22,786 bases of DNA from Octopus sinensis. Taxonomy: Eukaryota. Positions 1 through 10,886 of the stretch are shown here, piece by piece (position 1 is the stretch's first letter; every line of letters begins with the position of its first letter). Location of the stretch: the NCBI RefSeq assembly GCF_006345805.1, contig NW_021836781.1, forward strand, positions 1 to 22,786. The letters run 5' to 3'. The notes below the pieces were generated by a model that was not told the DNA's origin, ran no database searches, and saw only the letters and a program-made list of their open reading frames with translations. A program made the translations under genes and the position numbers.

Positions 1-186
1 GTTCTGAATTCATAGACATACATGTAAGTGTGGCGTGTATGTTTTTATGTACGTATACATGTATGTATCTGCGGTGAATATATGAATAAATATGTGTGTG
101 TGTGCGTGTGTGTGTATAATCGGAGTCATGTTTGCGGATTAAATTACCAAGTCTTTTGTTTCTTCGCATTATATATATATATTATA

Positions 187-222
<36 letters not shown>

Positions 223-640
223 TGTATGTATGTTCATATATATATGTTTATGTATAACGATATATATATATACACATATATATTCTTAAACATGTATATG
301 TATTCCTACATATATACATAAATATATAAACATAATACGTATGTGTTTGAGTATATATATGTGTGTATACATTTATATATATAGGTATGATTGTATGTAT
401 GTGTGCGTGTGTATATATGTATATATTGTACACATGCACGCATGAACTTTAGCACTGCAATCCTACTTCATATAAGCAACTCACTGAAAGTGCTGGACCA
501 CGTGGTAACAAGTCAATGCTATGAGTTTATGGCTATGGGATGTTTAACACTAGTAATTTCTCTGGACATTTCGATGTTTTGAGGATCTTTTGTCTCCTCA
601 GCTAGTGTTGAACTAAAGACAGTTAACTAATTAACATTTA

Positions 641-1713
641 TTAGATTGTCAAAAAAGTTCTTGTGGGTTTTAACCTTTAAATTCAGATGCACATATCTCG
701 GCTCAAACAAAACTTTATTGATTGAAATAAACACCATCAGAATCAACACGCTTTTGCCAACGCGAAACAAGTTTATTTATGTCAATAGCGTAAAAATCCT
801 GAATTCTGGTGGCGATGAAGTCGTTGAAGGCGTGCTTGGCATCGTCTTGGTTTTTGAAGCATTTCTCACGCAGGAAGTTGATGAGATGCTTGAAAAAGTG
901 GTAGTCGGCAGGCGAGAGGTCTGGTGAGTATGGCGGATGAGGCACAGTTTCGTAGCCCAATTCGTTCAACTTCTGTAGGGTCCGTTGTGCGATGTGCAGC
1001 CGAACGTCGTCGTGGAGAAGAATTGGTCCTTTTCTATTGACCAATGCTGGCTGTTGTCGTCGGAGTTTCTTATGCATTTCATCCATTTGCTGACTACTTC
1101 TCCGCCGTAATGGTTTCACCTGGATCCAAAAAGCTGTGATGGATGAGACCGGCCGCAGACCACAAAACACTCACCATGACCTTCTTCTGGTACAACTTTG
1201 GCTTCGGGAAATGCCGTGGAGCTTCGTCAGCGTCCAACCACTGAGCTGAGCGTCGCCGGTTGTCGTAAAGAATCCACTTTTCATCGCAAGTGACAATCCA
1301 GTCGAGAAATGGGTCGTTCTTGTTGCGTAAATGAAGCGAAGACGACACTTCAAAACGCTTTTTTCTTTCTTTTTTTTTGTTGGTTGTTCAATTTGTGTGG
1401 CACCTATTTCTCAAGTATTTTTGTTTTTCCAATCTCTTTCAAGTAGTTGGAAATTGTCGTATACGTTACGTCTAATTCAGAAGCAAGCTCTCGAACAGTT
1501 GTGCATGGAATGGCTTCCACTAAGGCTTTTAGTTGATCGTTGTCAACATCCGATGGCCGATCACTATGTTTATCATCTTCAAGACTCTCGTCACCACTAC
1601 GAAATTTCTTGAACCACCATTGTGCTGTACGTTCATTAGTGGTTCCTGGGCCAAACGCATCGTAGAGATCGCGGGCTGTTTCAGCAGCTTTTCGGCCTAG
1701 TTTGACAATCTTA
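641..1713 (-). mobile_element. Mariner (Tc1/mariner, DD34D, Hsmar1/cecropia-like) DNA transposon; decayed, with a 5' internal deletion
   Basis: The TIR TTAGATTGTCAAAAAAGTTCTTGTGG starts at 641 after TA (639-640). The other end, TTTGACAATCTTA (1701-1713), matches only the outer 13 nt (12/13). Minus-strand frames give [64 protein letters not shown], and HPPYSPDLSPADYHFF. There are 34 residues between the 2nd and 3rd catalytic Asp. Confidence 0.95.
715..1700 (-). pseudogene. Mariner transposase pseudogene
   Basis: Stitched from the ORF-track pieces 1094-1348 and 715-1170 plus the upstream frame. Lesions: a premature TAG at 1404-1406 (W of the WVPH motif), a frameshift in the A-run at ~1350-1380, and a stop plus frameshift at ~1090-1096. 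The start codon and first residues are deleted. The natural stop TAA is at 715-717. Confidence 0.92.
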
Positions 1714-2049
1714 GAAAATTTTTTAATTATATCTTACCAGAGACCTGTCGGGGAAATACAAGATGATGAAACCCTTAAATACATGCGAGGAACAATAAGG
1801 TAAATGGAGAAGTACATGAACGTAGGTAACAGAAGTTTAGTTAACTGGTTCCGAGATGTTAATTTTCTGAGAGAACACGATTCGACAAGTAATCGGGGAT
1901 AAGACTTTATGCTGATGAGAATTTGACGAGGAAAATGAACCTTGATTATGTTTTATGTGTGATTGTGGGCATGCGTGTATTTATACAGTTATATATATAC
2001 ATGTATAGTTGTTTACATGTACGGCATATATACATATGTGTGTGTGTGT

Positions 2050-2400
2050 GGAGGCGCAATGGCTCAGTGGTTAGGGCAGCGGACTCGCGGTCATAGGATC
2101 GCGATTTCGATTCCCAGACTCAACGTTGTGAGTGTTTATTGAGCGAAAATACCTAAAGCTCCCCAAGGCTCCGGCAGGGGGTGGTGGCGAACCCTGCTGT
2201 ACACTTTCACCACAACTTTCTCTCACTCTTTCTTCCTGTTTCTGTTGTCACACACTGTGTCACGTTGAATCTCCCCGATACTACGTTAAGGGTACACGTG
2301 TCTGTGGAGTTCTCAACCACATGCACGTTAATTTCACGTGCAGGCTGTTCCGTTGATCGGATCAACTGGAACCCCATCATCGTAACCGACGGATTGCCGT
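2050..2400 (+). mobile_element. tRNA-derived SINE, family C (full length)
   Basis: The head GGAGGCGCAATGGCTCAGTGGTTAGGGCAGCGG carries a Pol III A-box (TGGCTCAGTGG, 2060-2070) and a B-box-like GATTTCGATTCCC (2103-2115). The ~350 bp body ends in short (GTA) repeats and is flanked by microsatellites. Confidence 0.75.
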
Positions 2401-2505
2401 AGTAGTAATATATGTATGTATGCATATATATATATATATACGTGTGTGGGTGTGTGTGTGTGTGGGTATGTATGTATGTATATATATTATTAATATATAT
2501 ATATA

Positions 2506-2539
<34 letters not shown>

Positions 2540-2541
<2 letters not shown>

Positions 2542-2945
2542 CGCAGGAGTGGCTGTGTGGTAAGTAGCCTGTTTGCCAACCACATGGTTCCTGGTTCAGT
2601 CCCACTGCGTGGCACCTTGGGCAAGTGTCTTCTACTATAGTCTCGGGCTGACCAAAGCCTTGTGAGTGGATTTGGTAGACGGAAACTGAAAGAAGCCCGT
2701 CATATATATATATATATATAAGTGTGTGTGGTATATGTTGTGTGTCTGTGTTTGTCCCCCTAGCATTGCTGACAACCGATGCTGGTGTGTTTATGTCCCC
2801 GTTACTTAGCGGTTCGGCAAAAGAGACCGATAGAATAAGTACTGGGCTTACAAAAGAATAAGTCCCGGTGTCGAGTTGCTCGATTAAAGGCGGTGCTCCA
2901 GCATGGCCGCAGTCAAATGACTGAAACAAGTAAAAGAGAAAAAGA

Positions 2946-2947
<2 letters not shown>
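2540..2947 (+). mobile_element. tRNA-derived SINE, family A (full length, internal TA/GT microsatellite)
   Basis: A-box TGGCTGTGTGG at 2550-2560 and B-box GGTTCAGTCCC at 2593-2603. A CORE-like CACCTTGGGCAAG follows, then an internal SSR at ~2702-2745 and a TAAAAGAG tail. Near-identical to 11644-12056. Confidence 0.9.
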
Positions 2948-2978
<31 letters not shown>

Positions 2979-2980
2979 AA

Positions 2981-3190
2981 TCTTTTATCTTTTACTTGTT
3001 TCAGTCTTTGATTGCGACCATGCTGGAGCACTGCTTTGACGAATTTCAGTTGAATGAATCAACCCCAGTACAACCATTCTAAGTCCTGGTACTTATTCTA
3101 TAGGTCTCTTTTGCTGAACTGTTTAGTTACGGCAACGTAAACGCACCAACACCGGTTGTCAAGCGGTGATGGGGACAAACACAGACTCAA
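2981..3190 (-). mobile_element. Family A SINE, 3' half (diverged)
   Basis: Reverse complement of the 2745-2947 segment (TCTTTTACTTGTTTCAGTC..ATGCTGGAGCAC..GGTTGTCAAGCG..GGGGACAAACACAGAC). Confidence 0.85.
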
Positions 3191-3464
3191 AGACCTACAA
3201 CAGATATGTGTGTGTGTGTGTGTGTGGTGTGTGTGTGTGTGTGTGTCTGTGTGTCTGTGTGTGTGTGGTGTTAGGTGTGGTGTACAGATATTGTACAAAA
3301 AGAGAACCAAAATCCTCCTCCCCACCCCACCCAAAAATACAGGCTTTTTTATAAATGAACAAGATACTTGTACATACACAAACTTCTATTTGACAAATTC
3401 GAGAAACGAACGAAAGCGCTATTAATAATGAATAAATAAAAATATTTTTTCCAAAATTCTGACG

Positions 3465-3553
<89 letters not shown>

Positions 3554-3839
3554 TTAAACATAGGTTGTTCAAACGATGAATAGCCTTCGCGTAAACCATG
3601 GTTCGTTTTGTCCTCTTACTTTATTATCATCTCATAATAATGACCTTTATGACTCGTATTACACCTCAGTCAATCTAAATGTATATATTTGTCACTACCT
3701 GTCATAAATAGCATTTTTCTATTTGCAATATGCATTTCGCGTGATTTTTCATATTTATTACCCTTACATTTCCATGTATTTTATATTCTCTTTTCGTACA
3801 TATTTCTACTATATATATATAGATATATATATATATATT

Positions 3840-3880
<41 letters not shown>

Positions 3881-3882
<2 letters not shown>

Positions 3883-4040
3883 GACGGGCTCCTTTCAGTT
3901 CCTTACAATCAAATGTACTTCTAAGGCAATTTAGTCGCCCAAGCTCATTGAAGACACTTGCCCCAGGTGCCAACGCAATGGAACCGAACCCGGAGCCTTG
4001 TGGTTGGGAAGGAAAATTCGTACCACACAGCCTCGTCCGC
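3881..4040 (-). mobile_element. Family A SINE, 5' half (diverged)
   Basis: Reverse complement of the family A head (GACGGGCT..TTTCAGTT..GAAGACACTTGCCCCAGGTGCCA..GGAACCGAACCCGGA..TACCACACAGCC). Confidence 0.8.
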
Positions 4041-4202
4041 ACATATACATACACAGAAGCATATAACCTATATTGATGCTTATATACTTACATATATACA
4101 TACACGCGCCTATATATACGTACATGCATTCGCATATACATACGGAAAAAACACGTACATTCACACGTACGTACGCAGACCCATACGCAAACACATACAC
4201 GC

Positions 4203-4237
<35 letters not shown>

Positions 4238-4794
4238 AACATACATACATATATTGACATGCATACATATGTATATTCACACGTACACATATATAAATAT
4301 ACACGTATTTACGTCTACACCTTCATACATACGAGCATGCATTCATACATGCGCATACATATATACATGCATACACAAATACAAGTGAATACGCGGATAC
4401 ACGTACACATATATACACGTACACATTTACACACATATACATACCCATGCATATACACGCATACACATATACATCCAGACGGAAAATTAATGGATTTCGG
4501 TGGTGTTAAATTATCTTCTCACACCTGCCCGAACCCTACCCACCCCCAATATCCACTTCTGTCCATCCTTCAAGCCTTCTTAATTTACTCACCTACACCG
4601 CATCCGCACCACCCATACACCTGCCCATCCCCCGCTCACCCACGCCACCCCAGCAGTGAGCCATACACATGCCACGTCACTTCTCCCTGTACATCGAAGC
4701 GCTCCACCTGGACTTTTTGCTTTACACCCACGCACAATCACCTCCCACCCACACACGCATACATACATACATACCTATATATATATATATATAT

Positions 4795-4832
<38 letters not shown>

Positions 4833-4930
4833 CATCTATCTATATATAAACATACATATACATATATATATATATATATATATGTGTATACACACACACA
4901 TATATATATATGTATATGTATATGTATATG

Positions 4931-4974
<44 letters not shown>

Positions 4975-5159
4975 TACATATATATATATACGCACTCAAA
5001 TATTCATTAGTATATATGTGCGTATGTGTATGTATTTATGTATGAGTATATGTGTGTATGTGTGTGTGTGTGTGTCTCTGTGCGTGTGTGTGTGTGTCTT
5101 AGTATATACGTTAGTACACATATAAATACATATTAACACATCGTAGCTGCTTTGCAACT

Positions 5160-5195
5160 GTCATCATCAGCAACATCACCATTTTCATCGTAAGT

Positions 5196-5250
<55 letters not shown>

Positions 5251-5382
5251 CCAACATCATCATTATCATCAACACCATCACCACCGTCGTCATCATTATC
5301 ATCATCACCATCAACATAGTTATCATCATTACCACCGTCATCATCGTTATCACCACCACCACCACTATCACCATCATCATCA
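5160..5382. repeat. (CAT)n/(CAC)n trinucleotide microsatellite
   Basis: Directly visible. It explains the poly-M and poly-D ORFs at 5111-5470. Confidence 0.95.
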
Positions 5383-5538
5383 GAAATCCCCCCCCCCCAC
5401 ACTCTTCCATTTCTTTCCCCATTTGGCTATTTCTGAGTAATTTCAAATTCGGGCGAGTCGGACCTGGCAAGGAGTTTTTCTTTTATAATTTATTTCCATC
5501 GATTTTTATTCCCATCGGGTATTTCTGCTTCATAGATT

Positions 5539-5760
5539 GGGTAGGTAGGCAGGTAGGTAGGTAGGTAGACAGGCAGGTAGGTAGGTAGGTAGAGAGGTAG
5601 GTAGGTAGGTAGGTAGGTAGGTAGGTAGGTAGGTAGGTAGGTAGGTAGGTAGGTAGACAGGTAGGCAGGCAGGTAGGTAGGTAGGTAGGGAGGTAGGTAG
5701 GGAGGTAGATAGGCAGGTAATTACGGAGGGAGATACATAGGTGGAAAGTCCGGTAGAGCG

Positions 5761-5791
<31 letters not shown>

Positions 5792-5820
5792 TGTATGTAT
5801 GTATGTATGTATGTATGTAT
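5539..5820. repeat. (GGTA)n followed by (ATGT)n tetranucleotide arrays
   Basis: Directly visible: GGTA at ~5539-5720 and ATGT at ~5762-5820. Confidence 0.95.
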
Positions 5821-6029
5821 AGAGATATAGCTAGCTAACTAGAGAGAGAGGGAGAGAGATATCAATAAAAAGGTAAATAGTGCGGGATGTTTTTGTGTTT
5901 ATATATATACATATATATATATATATATGTATGTATACAAACTAGAAATGTCTTACGTATAGAGTTATACATGTACGCATGTACGTATATACTTATGTAT
6001 GTATATATATTGCATATGAATATATACAT

Positions 6030-6165
6030 ACATATATATACAGATATATTATATATATATATATATATATTATATATTATATATATATTTATATATATAT
6101 ATTATATAGAAATATTAAATTACTAAGTCTCTCTAAAGAGAATGCCATATTAGTATGGCGATAAC

Positions 6166-6228
<63 letters not shown>

Positions 6229-6250
6229 ATATATATATTATATATATATA

Positions 6251-6305
<55 letters not shown>

Positions 6306-6448
6306 AATATATATATATTATATATATAATATATAATATATATATTTATATATTAATATATATATATATATAATATATATATTATATATATATATATAAT
6401 ATATATATATATATAATATATATATAATATATATATATAATATATATA

Positions 6449-6515
<67 letters not shown>
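6030..6515. repeat. Long (TA)n microsatellite tract
   Basis: Directly visible. Interrupted TA array, with short unique sequence at ~6110-6165. Confidence 0.95.
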
Positions 6516-6519
<4 letters not shown>

Positions 6520-6599
6520 GTATATAAATATGTGCGGGCGTGTGTGTGTGTATATTTATATGTGTAAATGCAAGTCTGTATGTACGTATAATTTTAGAT

Positions 6600-7330
6600 C
6601 TAAAGACAAAAGAACGAGTCTCCCCCAACCTGTATGCTGTACAGTTTATTTATCGCATCGAAACCGAGGTTTGAAACAGTCGACGAATTGAAATGTTTCC
6701 TAATATTGTATCAGTTATTGCTCGGTCCAATGGCGAAAAAAAATTTTTTAATGAACAGAAACAATAAGAGATGTATTCAATTCTTCGCTATTGTGTTTGT
6801 TTGCATAAATCAGGATCATCTAAAAGATATATAAACATCCACTTTGGTCAGAACATAGACAAATATCACTGAAAGGGGGCCTGTACGCTTGGAAATCCCT
6901 GTTTTATTTTATATATATTTGCTTTGTTTTTGTTTGTTTTTTGTAATAGGAGCGTTTTCTATTTTAAAATGATGAAGTGGGCAATTTTTTTCTTCAGCAT
7001 GAGTAAATTTATGGTATTGAATTCTGTGAAGTTTTTTGTTTTTCCTGCTCAGCGAAATATAAAACAAATTTTTAAGAATTAGCGGTGACTTGTACAGGGA
7101 TGATGGTTTAATATTTTGTGGAGTGAGAACAAGCATACTGCTTATGATTTCAAAATAAAAAGAATAATTACTATTGTCAACAAAACTGACCTGAATTTGA
7201 CAACCTAAACGAGCATTAGAACTCCATGCAACTTGCATGTAACACGTAAGATCTAAATTAAACGAATCCATTTTCTATTCATACACAATCTAACCACCCA
7301 TGGAATATCTAAAACATCAACCAATGGATA
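6600..7330 (+). pseudogene. Degenerate Penelope-like element (PLE) reverse transcriptase fragment
   Basis: Plus-strand frames, joined across frameshifts, give PLE RT motifs in the correct order. These are PTCML (~6625; cf. PTCRLINP), RNNKRCIQF..IV....NQDHL (~6760-6830; motif A region), and GIEFCEVF (7013-7036; cf. GAEVCELVG). Then FLLSEI*NKFLRISGDLYRDDGL (7042-7110; catalytic YRDD at 7093-7104) and IHTQSNHPWNI (7277-7309; cf. YIHxxSNHP). Motif comparisons are from recall. Confidence 0.75.
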
Positions 7331-7456
7331 AGTGCATCTTACTACATTTAATAGGGTTGCAGAGTTCTACAACGGGATATTTTGACATAACCAACATTGC
7401 GATGGAATCCAGGATTTACCAATAACAACAGCAACAACAGCTAGAGCGACTAGAAA

Positions 7457-7668
7457 TCTTTTATCATTTGCTTACTTCAGTCATTGGACTTCGGCCATGC
7501 TGGAGCAACGTCTTGAAGGGTTGGGTCGAGCAAATCAATCCCATTACTTACTTTCAAGCCTGGTATTTTTGTCAAACCGCGATATTACGGGGTCGTAATA
7601 AAGCAACACCGTTTGTCAAGCGGTGGTGAAAGGACAAACACAGAGATACACATATACATAAATATACG

Positions 7669-7711
<43 letters not shown>

Positions 7712-7957
7712 CATACATACATACATACGTACATACATACATACATACGTACGTACGTACATGCACACGCACACGCACACACACATCTATATACATAGAT
7801 ATATATTGGGTTTCTACACAGTTTCCGTCAACCAAATTTACTCACAAGGCATTGGTCGATGCGCGTCTATAGCAGAAGACCCTTGCCCCAGGTGCCCCGT
7901 AGTGCGATTGAACCTGAAACTACGTGGAGCTTCTTAACCACAGTCATACTTGCACCT
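7457..7957 (-). mobile_element. Family A SINE (near full length, diverged, expanded internal SSR)
   Basis: Reverse-complement tail at 7457-7640, TA/TACA SSR at ~7645-7805, and reverse-complement head at 7806-7957. Confidence 0.85.
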
Positions 7958-8284
7958 AATTCTTTCGATCCACTTTTTGAAAGAACAAAACATTTCCGAA
8001 GACAGAAAATATTTGTCTTGGAAAATGTCACATCCATTTTTGTCACAGAAATCACATCAGGTGAATGAGAATGGTGACCACCGACATTGTTGTCCCCAAA
8101 ACTTATTGACATTTTTCAGGAATTTGAAGGTCAGTGTGACTAAACACCATGAAGCTGTTGATGCTGCTTTGGAGAAATTCTAAGAAATCAACAGTTAATA
8201 TCTCCAAGACAAAAAAAGTCGTTTTGTGCGATGTCACGTACGACACTCTTTTTGGATCCTCTTTAAAAAGAAATTCAACATAAG

Positions 8285-8951
8285 GGACACAGGTGTGGCT
8301 GTACGGTAAGAAGTTTGTTTCCCAAACACATGGTACCTGGTTCAGTCTTACTGCGTGGTACCAAGGGATAATGCCTTCTACTATAGCATCGAAGTGACTA
8401 AAGCCTTGCGAGTGGATTTGGTAGATGGAAACTGAAAGAAGCCTGTCGTGTGTGTCTGTGTGTGTGAGAGAGTGAGACAATGTTTGTGGTGAGTTTATAT
8501 GTGTGGGGAGGGAGTATTTGTGTTTGTTTTCCACACTGCTTGACAACCTATTTCTTTATTACCAACAAGGGGCTAAACATAGAGGGGACAAACAAGGACA
8601 TACATAGGTATTAAGTCGATTACATCGACCCCATTGCGTAACTGGTACTTAATTTATCGACCCCGAAAGGATGAAAGGCAAAGTCGACCTCGGCAGAAAT
8701 TGAACTCAGAACGTAACAGCAGACGAAATACGGCTACGCATTTCGCCCGGCGTGCTAACATGTCTGCCAGCTCGCCGCCTGCTTGACAAACGGTGTTGGA
8801 GTGTTTACGTCCCCGTAATTTAGTGGTTCGGCCAAAGAGACCGATAGATTAAGTACCAGGTTTTTAAAATAATCACTTGGCTCGAGTCTTCAAGGTGCTG
8901 CTCCAGCATGGCAACAGTCAAATGACTGAAACATAAAAAGATAAAAAGATA
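8285..8951 (+). mobile_element. Family A SINE interrupted by a family B SINE
   Basis: Head at 8285-8445, internal SSR, body broken at 8548, resuming at 8780 and ending in the AAAAAGATA tail. Confidence 0.88.
8549..8779 (-). mobile_element. tRNA-like-headed SINE, family B (full length, nested)
   Basis: Reverse complement of 22215-22458. Flanked by a 12 bp TSD: TGCTTGACAACC (8537-8548) and TGCTTGACAAAC (8780-8791), one mismatch. Confidence 0.9.
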
Positions 8952-9084
8952 CATTCCATGTAAGAAAAATCCTTTGATCTTTTTCAGGGAAGTCAAAGTT
9001 TATTGTAACGAAAGGAATCCATAAAATTCTTGTAAATGCTCAAGGTTTACAGATGGCGCATTTCATCGTTTGTCTTGGGCTGTC

Positions 9085-9200
9085 ACGCAGACGACCAACT
9101 GGCATGAAAAGCTTCGCTGTATTTTTTCCAATTCACTGCATTCTGTGTTCAAATCGCGACGAGATCGACATTACCTTTGAACCCTTTGACGGCTGATAAT
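9085..9200 (+). mobile_element. Highly diverged family B SINE fragment
   Basis: TTCTGTGTTCAAATCGCGACGAGATCGACATTACCTTTGAACCCTTT resembles TTCTGAGTTCAAATTCCGCCGAGGTCGACTTTGCCTTTCATCCTTT of the other family B copies. Confidence 0.55.
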
Positions 9201-9306
9201 GAAACGCCATTCTTTTGCAGTCGATCGGCGGAACTTAACTTCGGTAATTATTTCGGCTCTTTGCGTTGTTCGTTGGTTGAAGATTTAATCTGTTGCCCCA
9301 GTTTAA

Positions 9307-9814
9307 CCCATTAAGTGCCACTGTCCTATAAATAGGACACTAAATGAGAACATTAAATAAGCTATATCAAATTGTCTCAGTGTCCTATTTATAGAACACC
9401 GAGTATTTCCATTTCTACTTGAAGTAATGGAGTTTTAAATTTTTTAACCTATTTTCAATCATCTGTAAAAATTTTAAAGTAATACTAGCAGTTTCGCCCG
9501 GCGTTGCTCGGGTTTGTTTCGACCCTTTAGAATTGGAATTTTTGCATTATGTAGCTTGTTATTCTCTTTAAGTGGACATTTTTCTGGTTGAAATACACCG
9601 AAAAATGGCGACACAGCAGTCAAAAAATCGTAAAAAATGGAGTTTTTCATAGAAAAAAAGCACCTTTTTGATAATTTTTGGTCAACTTGCGCCGCAGGGT
9701 CTCGGAGGAGATAGTGTTAGTTGAAGGATACCAAACCTGCCATACACTGAAGACAACTTCAGCTTTATATAGAGAGAGAGATTCAGAAATTTAAGTACTC
9801 TGAGATTTAATGGG
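9307..9814. mobile_element. TTAA-flanked piggyBac-type MITE (host of the Helitron)
   Basis: TTAA (9303-9306) | CCCATTAA ... TTAATGGG | TTAA (9815-9818). Subterminal palindromic motif CTGTCCTATAAATAGGACAC (9321-9340) with its inverted copy at 9380-9399. The TIR match is only 8 bp. Confidence 0.6.
9485..9781 (-). mobile_element. Non-autonomous Helitron
   Basis: On the minus strand it starts 5'-TC (9781-9780) and ends CTAG-3' (9488-9485). A GC-rich hairpin CCCGAGCAACGCCGGG (9512-9497) lies 8 nt before the CTAG. It is inserted between A and T with no TSD. These are all canonical Helitron hallmarks. Confidence 0.85.
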
Positions 9815-10219
9815 TTAACACCACCGCCATCACCATCGCTGCCACCACCTGGTCCCAGGATGGGAGGTGGGGATCTTTAACTAAACTTACACTACTGCAA
9901 AAATTTTGGCCAGATCTCTGAGGGCAAATTCTTGCCCCTCCCCTCTTTCTCTCGCAAATTCTCGAAAATTAAAGTCTTGGCGCTTCCCTTTTCGCTTGTT
10001 GTTCGATTTTAGCCCCAAGTCAATCCTGATCGAATAGACATATCCTCCAAGGATTTCCAGCCATGGCTATTCCGTATTTCCACGAATACATCATCCACTA
10101 TGAGCTGACCTTCTATTCAACATAGCAAAGTATTATATGCGGAGATGTGACTGCTATTTCCAGCAAATCAAGTGAACACTTGTTTCCGTTTTGGTTCTGT
10201 TGTTTTTATTGTTTGTTTG

Positions 10220-10850
10220 TGGTGGAGGCCATGGTAGTGTTGCTGCTGTTGTTGCAACAGTTGTAGTTGCTGGTGGTGGTGGTGGCGGCGGTGGGGGGTG
10301 CTGCTGCTGCTGGCGCTGGTGATTGGTGGCGGTGTTATTGCTGATGGAATTGGCGGTGACGATAGTGGAAATTGGTTTGGTGGCGGCAACGGTGTCAGCG
10401 GCGGCGGCGGCGGCGGCGGCGGCGGTGGTGGTGGTGGTGGTGGTGGTGTTTCATGAAGCAATTCGGATGTAGAAGCCGGAATGTCCGGACTGAGCAATTT
10501 CTCAAGTTATTGGGCTTCGATCCAAACCTATTAACACAGCCAAGTCACCATAATCTATCAACGGATCGATACATCGGCTGTTGTTGACATATTCAGGGAA
10601 CTGCTTTTGCGATGGTGGTGGCAGTGGCGGTGGTGGTGGCGGTGTCGGTGGTGGTGGTGGTGGTGGTGGTGGTGGTGGTGGTGGCGGTGGTGGTGGTGGT
10701 GGTGGTTGTATTGTCGATGTTATTTTTTCTATTCTGAAGGTGATGGTGATGATGAGGATGATGATGATGATGATGATGATGATAGTGATGATGGTGAGGA
10801 GGAGGAGGATGGTGATGATGACGATGATGATGAAGATGATGAAGATGATA

Positions 10851-10886
<36 letters not shown>

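Noticed and set aside
1911-1950. CTGATGA followed by GGAAAA as a possible hammerhead
   Set aside because: No stem II, stem III or stem I pairing can be drawn.
2050-2120. SINE heads as genuine tRNA genes (also 2540 and 11644)
   Set aside because: A- and B-boxes are present, but there is no complete cloverleaf, and each runs into a SINE body.
4580-4596. 16/17 inverted match to 15994-16010 (GTAGGTGAGTAAA)
   Set aside because: A single short match of this kind is roughly expected by chance in a window this size, and it does not extend.
28-6628. Numerous ORFs rich in YI, VC, HT or MYV (e.g. 4073-4849, 258 aa)
   Set aside because: They are translations of TA/CA/ATGT microsatellites, which lack stops in some frames. 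No domain-like sequence is present.
9890-9910. CACTACTGCAAAAA as a CACTA transposon end
   Set aside because: No matching inverted end was found in the window.
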